A DNA stretch of 64,000 bases from Candidatus Latescibacterota bacterium. Its GTDB lineage: Bacteria > Latescibacterota > UBA2968 > GCA-2709665. Where the stretch lies: assembly GCA_965226795.1 (NCBI GenBank), contig CBDDDZ010000005.1, positions 1,984,001 through 2,048,000 on the forward strand, written 5' to 3'. This document shows positions 61,166 through 64,000 of this stretch, in pieces. How positions within the stretch are numbered: position 1 is the first letter of the stretch; the number at the start of each line of letters is the position of its first letter. The notes beneath the pieces are model-generated. The model was not told where the DNA came from. It did no database searches and worked only from the letters and a program-made list of their open reading frames with translations. The position numbers and the translations under genes were made by a program.

Positions 61166-63671
61166 ATACGGCTCCTGTCAAGTCGAGTTCAAAGATTTGT
61201 CGCCGACCGTTCGCGTTCCGGTCGTGAAGAAGCATAATTCCGCATGACTCTGAATCCAGCAACTGGCGCGCAACAAAGAGTCCCAAGCCACGGCCCTCAC
61301 CGGTACGCTTCATCGTAACGAAGGGCTCGAAAAGCGACTCCTCCACACTTAGGTCGACACCTCGGCCGTTGTCCTTGACACGAACCATTGGCGCATCCAC
61401 GATGATCGTAATCCTACCGTTCTTTACTAAGCCGGCACAAATCGCGTCTTTGAGCCAATACTCCGCATTAATCACCAAGTTGTCGAATACCTGTGTCAGT
61501 TTGCCCTTGTTCATGTTGACGGCAAATTCGAGAGAGCCGCCCTGCAGAACCTCCATCTTTATCGCCTTAGATTCCAACTTCTCATTGTAGAATGTTGCGA
61601 AATCCTTCGCCCACGTAAACACCTCGATTCTTTCCCGTTGCTCACGTAGAAAGCGCAGCGAGGGCGTCAAGTGGGCGAGTTGCTTCCGCATTGCAGCAAC
61701 GCTTGATCGGACATGCTCTACATATGAGATCATCGACGCCTTTCGTACAACGCGGTCCAATTCCCGAAGTAATGCCGCGCTTCTTCTTGCGAGCCGGTCA
61801 GCAATGTTGTGGATCTCATGAGAAAGTGCTTCTGCCGTGAGCCCAAGACTGATGCTCTCGTATAACGCTGACACCTCGTCCTGCAGCGTTTCCCACCGCC
61901 GATCGAGGACTTGCCGCAACGACTTCAATTCGGACGCCTGATCCAGAGCAGCCGAGACTTCATCGAGGACTTTCTCCGTGTTTGCCGCCGCGCTCGAAAC
62001 TTTCGTGAGCCCCAAATCGATACGTCTCAATGCGTCGGAAGTAGACGCACCCGCGACGCCAGTCTTGTCCAACTCGTTGCGGGACTCATCAAGCATCTCT
62101 GAAGCCACTCTCGCTGCCTGTCGTAGCGATCCTGCATGGTGCTGGACCTTACTCTTCTCGGACGATAGTCTCGCCGCGACGTCATCGATTCGTTGCGTAA
62201 CTGCAGAGTGCGCGTCGTCGGGTTCAACGCCGGCATTTCTATCGCGATGTTCCTTCAAAAACTGTAAAACACCACGCCGCAGAAACTCCTGGAAGTCGCC
62301 GGCAAACCGGACAAATTCTGATAGGAGACTGATAAAGTTTTCGTAATGTGGGGTCACTTGGAAGCCTTCACGGCTCGTTGTCTCGACTAGATTGCTATTA
62401 TCACGAGCGCTGATCGCCACGAAGCCTAGAACATTGCCCGGCCGTAACCCATAATAAGACGACCCTCTCGTCCATTGCTTCCCCAAGCCGAGCCAGTCCC
62501 CTCCTACCCGAATGCCAAAACCATCGCGATACACGCGGATACCCGCGAGGTCGCGAACAAGGCGACGGTAGTCGGACTGCCTGCCAAGCCCGTGACTCGC
62601 AGCGTCAGAGCTGTCAAGAGAAACCGCATCTACCTCCCCGCGAAACGGACCCGGATTTACCGTAGAACCATCTACTCTACGTATCCCATCCAAATCGTCA
62701 AGCTTACGCTTGGTGCCGAACTCAACAAACCATTCAGCCTGTTTGGCGAATTCAAAGGTTGGCGGCCGACCTCTCCCAGTCCTACTGGAGAGAAATTCGT
62801 AAAGTGCCTTGCCTCGGTCTCTTTGACAAATGTCATTTAGGCGATGTTGGTCGCCTTTGCTGTTGGGCTGTAGGTAATTAAGTCGCGCGACACCAGATAT
62901 TGAGAAGACTCCTTCATCAAACACGAAGTTGTACTTCAGCAACGCGGTCTCCCGCAGTCTCTGAGCGATTTTAGCAAGTTCAAGGCGCTTTCCATCGACC
63001 TCTAGATGTACTTGGAAATCACGCGCTTCTTGAAAAGGCGAGATCATCCCAGAAAGTTCCATCTCAAGGTTTCGTAGGTATGCCTCATCCTGCCACACTT
63101 CTAACTCGCGCAAATCAGAAAGAATAAGCCTTGTTCCGGCCTTTTGTCCAAAGGCCGAACTCTGCTTCCACGTTAGAGGGACGTCTCGGAGATTGGTAGC
63201 CTCTCGGAAGTCCGACCACGAAAATGCAACGTAAAACTCTGTCGTCGGATTCGCGTTATGGCGGGTAACGATCTCAACGTTTCGTGCCAGCCTCTGGCTG
63301 CCTAGCCGCCCTAGGCCTTTGTCGCCAATTGGGGTCCGACCAAGCGGGCTCGTCCCCCCGGCTGCCTTAAGCTCACGCTTTGGCGAGTTCGCTATGGTCA
63401 GCCAGCCGCGTCTAATTGTCTGCTCGTCCATACCGTGGCCATTGTCCTCCACGACAATCGATCCTTTTGCATCACCGTATTTGCGCCCCCATATGTTCCG
63501 TTCTCGGGTGTCAATCGAGACCTTCACCCAGGTAGCATCAGCATCGTAGCTATTCTTAACTAGCTCTACAAGCGCCTGGACGACATCGGTGATGAGCTCT
63601 TCGCCGAGCCGGAAAACAACCGCGGCGTTGATATCGAAATGCCGAGCTTGGGCAATGTCCTTCAAAGCCAA
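61158..63671 (-). CDS. GHKL (MORC/MutL-like) ATPase fused to a histidine kinase
   Basis: N-terminal ELVKNSYDAD, DNGHGM, GDKGLGR; C-terminal SHEIHN (H-box), QVFDNL..N, DNGRG, EPF, GRGLGL. Confidence 0.88.
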   Translation of the reverse strand: MALKDIAQARHFDINAAVVFRLGEELITDVVQALVELVKNSYDADATWVKVSIDTRERNIWGRKYGDAKGSIVVEDNGHGMDEQTIRRGWLTIANSPKRELKAAGGTSPLGRTPIGDKGLGRLGSQRLARNVEIVTRHNANPTTEFYVAFSWSDFREATNLRDVPLTWKQSSAFGQKAGTRLILSDLRELEVWQDEAYLRNLEMELSGMISPFQEARDFQVHLEVDGKRLELAKIAQRLRETALLKYNFVFDEGVFSISGVARLNYLQPNSKGDQHRLNDICQRDRGKALYEFLSSRTGRGRPPTFEFAKQAEWFVEFGTKRKLDDLDGIRRVDGSTVNPGPFRGEVDAVSLDSSDAASHGLGRQSDYRRLVRDLAGIRVYRDGFGIRVGGDWLGLGKQWTRGSSYYGLRPGNVLGFVAISARDNSNLVETTSREGFQVTPHYENFISLLSEFVRFAGDFQEFLRRGVLQFLKEHRDRNAGVEPDDAHSAVTQRIDDVAARLSSEKSKVQHHAGSLRQAARVASEMLDESRNELDKTGVAGASTSDALRRIDLGLTKVSSAAANTEKVLDEVSAALDQASELKSLRQVLDRRWETLQDEVSALYESISLGLTAEALSHEIHNIADRLARRSAALLRELDRVVRKASMISYVEHVRSSVAAMRKQLAHLTPSLRFLREQRERIEVFTWAKDFATFYNEKLESKAIKMEVLQGGSLEFAVNMNKGKLTQVFDNLVINAEYWLKDAICAGLVKNGRITIIVDAPMVRVKDNGRGVDLSVEESLFEPFVTMKRTGEGRGLGLFVARQLLDSESCGIMLLHDRNANGRRQIFELDLTGAVCA

Positions 63672-63674
63672 GAG

Positions 63675-64000
63675 CTACTCCTTCCTGAAGACGAGAATGG
63701 ATTCCTTGCGCATCGTGCTCGAAATGGCGTTCCGGGTTGCCATCCTTTTGCTTGGGATCTTCCGATGTATTTTTGTGACCAGGCAGATCCCTTTGGCGTC
63801 AAGTAACTCCTCTAGTATCTCGTCGGTCGGGACAGGTCTACCTCCCACACGTCGGTTGCCGACTGTCCAAATCATGTAGGCGCCGTGTCTAAGGGCTCGC
63901 AGCACCGGACCAAGGGAAACGGCCAAATCACGGCAGTATCCAGCCACGCGTTTCGCTCGATCGGCAGGCAGCCGTTCTAGCCGAATCAGGGTCTCCTTGA
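63675..64000 (-). CDS. DNA methyltransferase (N4-C/N6-A type), 3' end only
   Basis: LR.GAYMIWTVGNRRVGG..VPTD.IL...RKIPSKRM...E.ILVFRK; the frame is open to the window edge. Confidence 0.75.
   Translation of the reverse strand, partial: KETLIRLERLPADRAKRVAGYCRDLAVSLGPVLRALRHGAYMIWTVGNRRVGGRPVPTDEILEELLDAKGICLVTKIHRKIPSKRMATRNAISSTMRKESILVFRKE

Noticed and set aside
1..64000. CRISPR array or cas genes
   Set aside because: No regularly spaced repeat-spacer series was seen; the repeats found are palindromic REP/MITE units or coding repeats.

Overview
This 64-kb window is high-GC bacterial chromosome. Ankyrin, Sel1 and TPR proteins, a PhyH dioxygenase, a heparinase and many toxin-antitoxin (TA) modules suggest a host-associated, possibly sponge-type symbiont; that is inference only. 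Layout: partial tadA, an alkaline-phosphatase-superfamily gene and tRNA-Asn(GTT) (1-2.1 kb). An accessory tract (2.2-15.5 kb) holds five intact or decayed type II TA modules, a HEPN gene, several pseudogenes and a HigA-SIR2 fusion ORF. A core block follows with recG, pfkB-like, hflK, hflC, peptidase and coaE (15.9-22.5 kb). At 23.75-24.9 kb there is an unannotated ~1.1-kb candidate structured RNA: its 5' and 3' ends are complementary, it encloses one 109-aa hydrophobic ORF, and it is followed by a perfect 50-bp palindrome (top finding). Next come an SLBB/PDG-repeat/CAP lipoprotein, an IS5-type MITE, and an imuA-imuB-dnaE2-SRAP cassette with a non-canonical candidate LexA box (27.6-33.9 kb). 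Mixed metabolic and ankyrin genes, Fic/Doc genes and rhaA fill 34-59 kb. The right edge carries a lower-GC MTase + GHKL-ATPase/histidine-kinase + receiver-domain operon. All calls come from motif recognition by eye, with no database searches.
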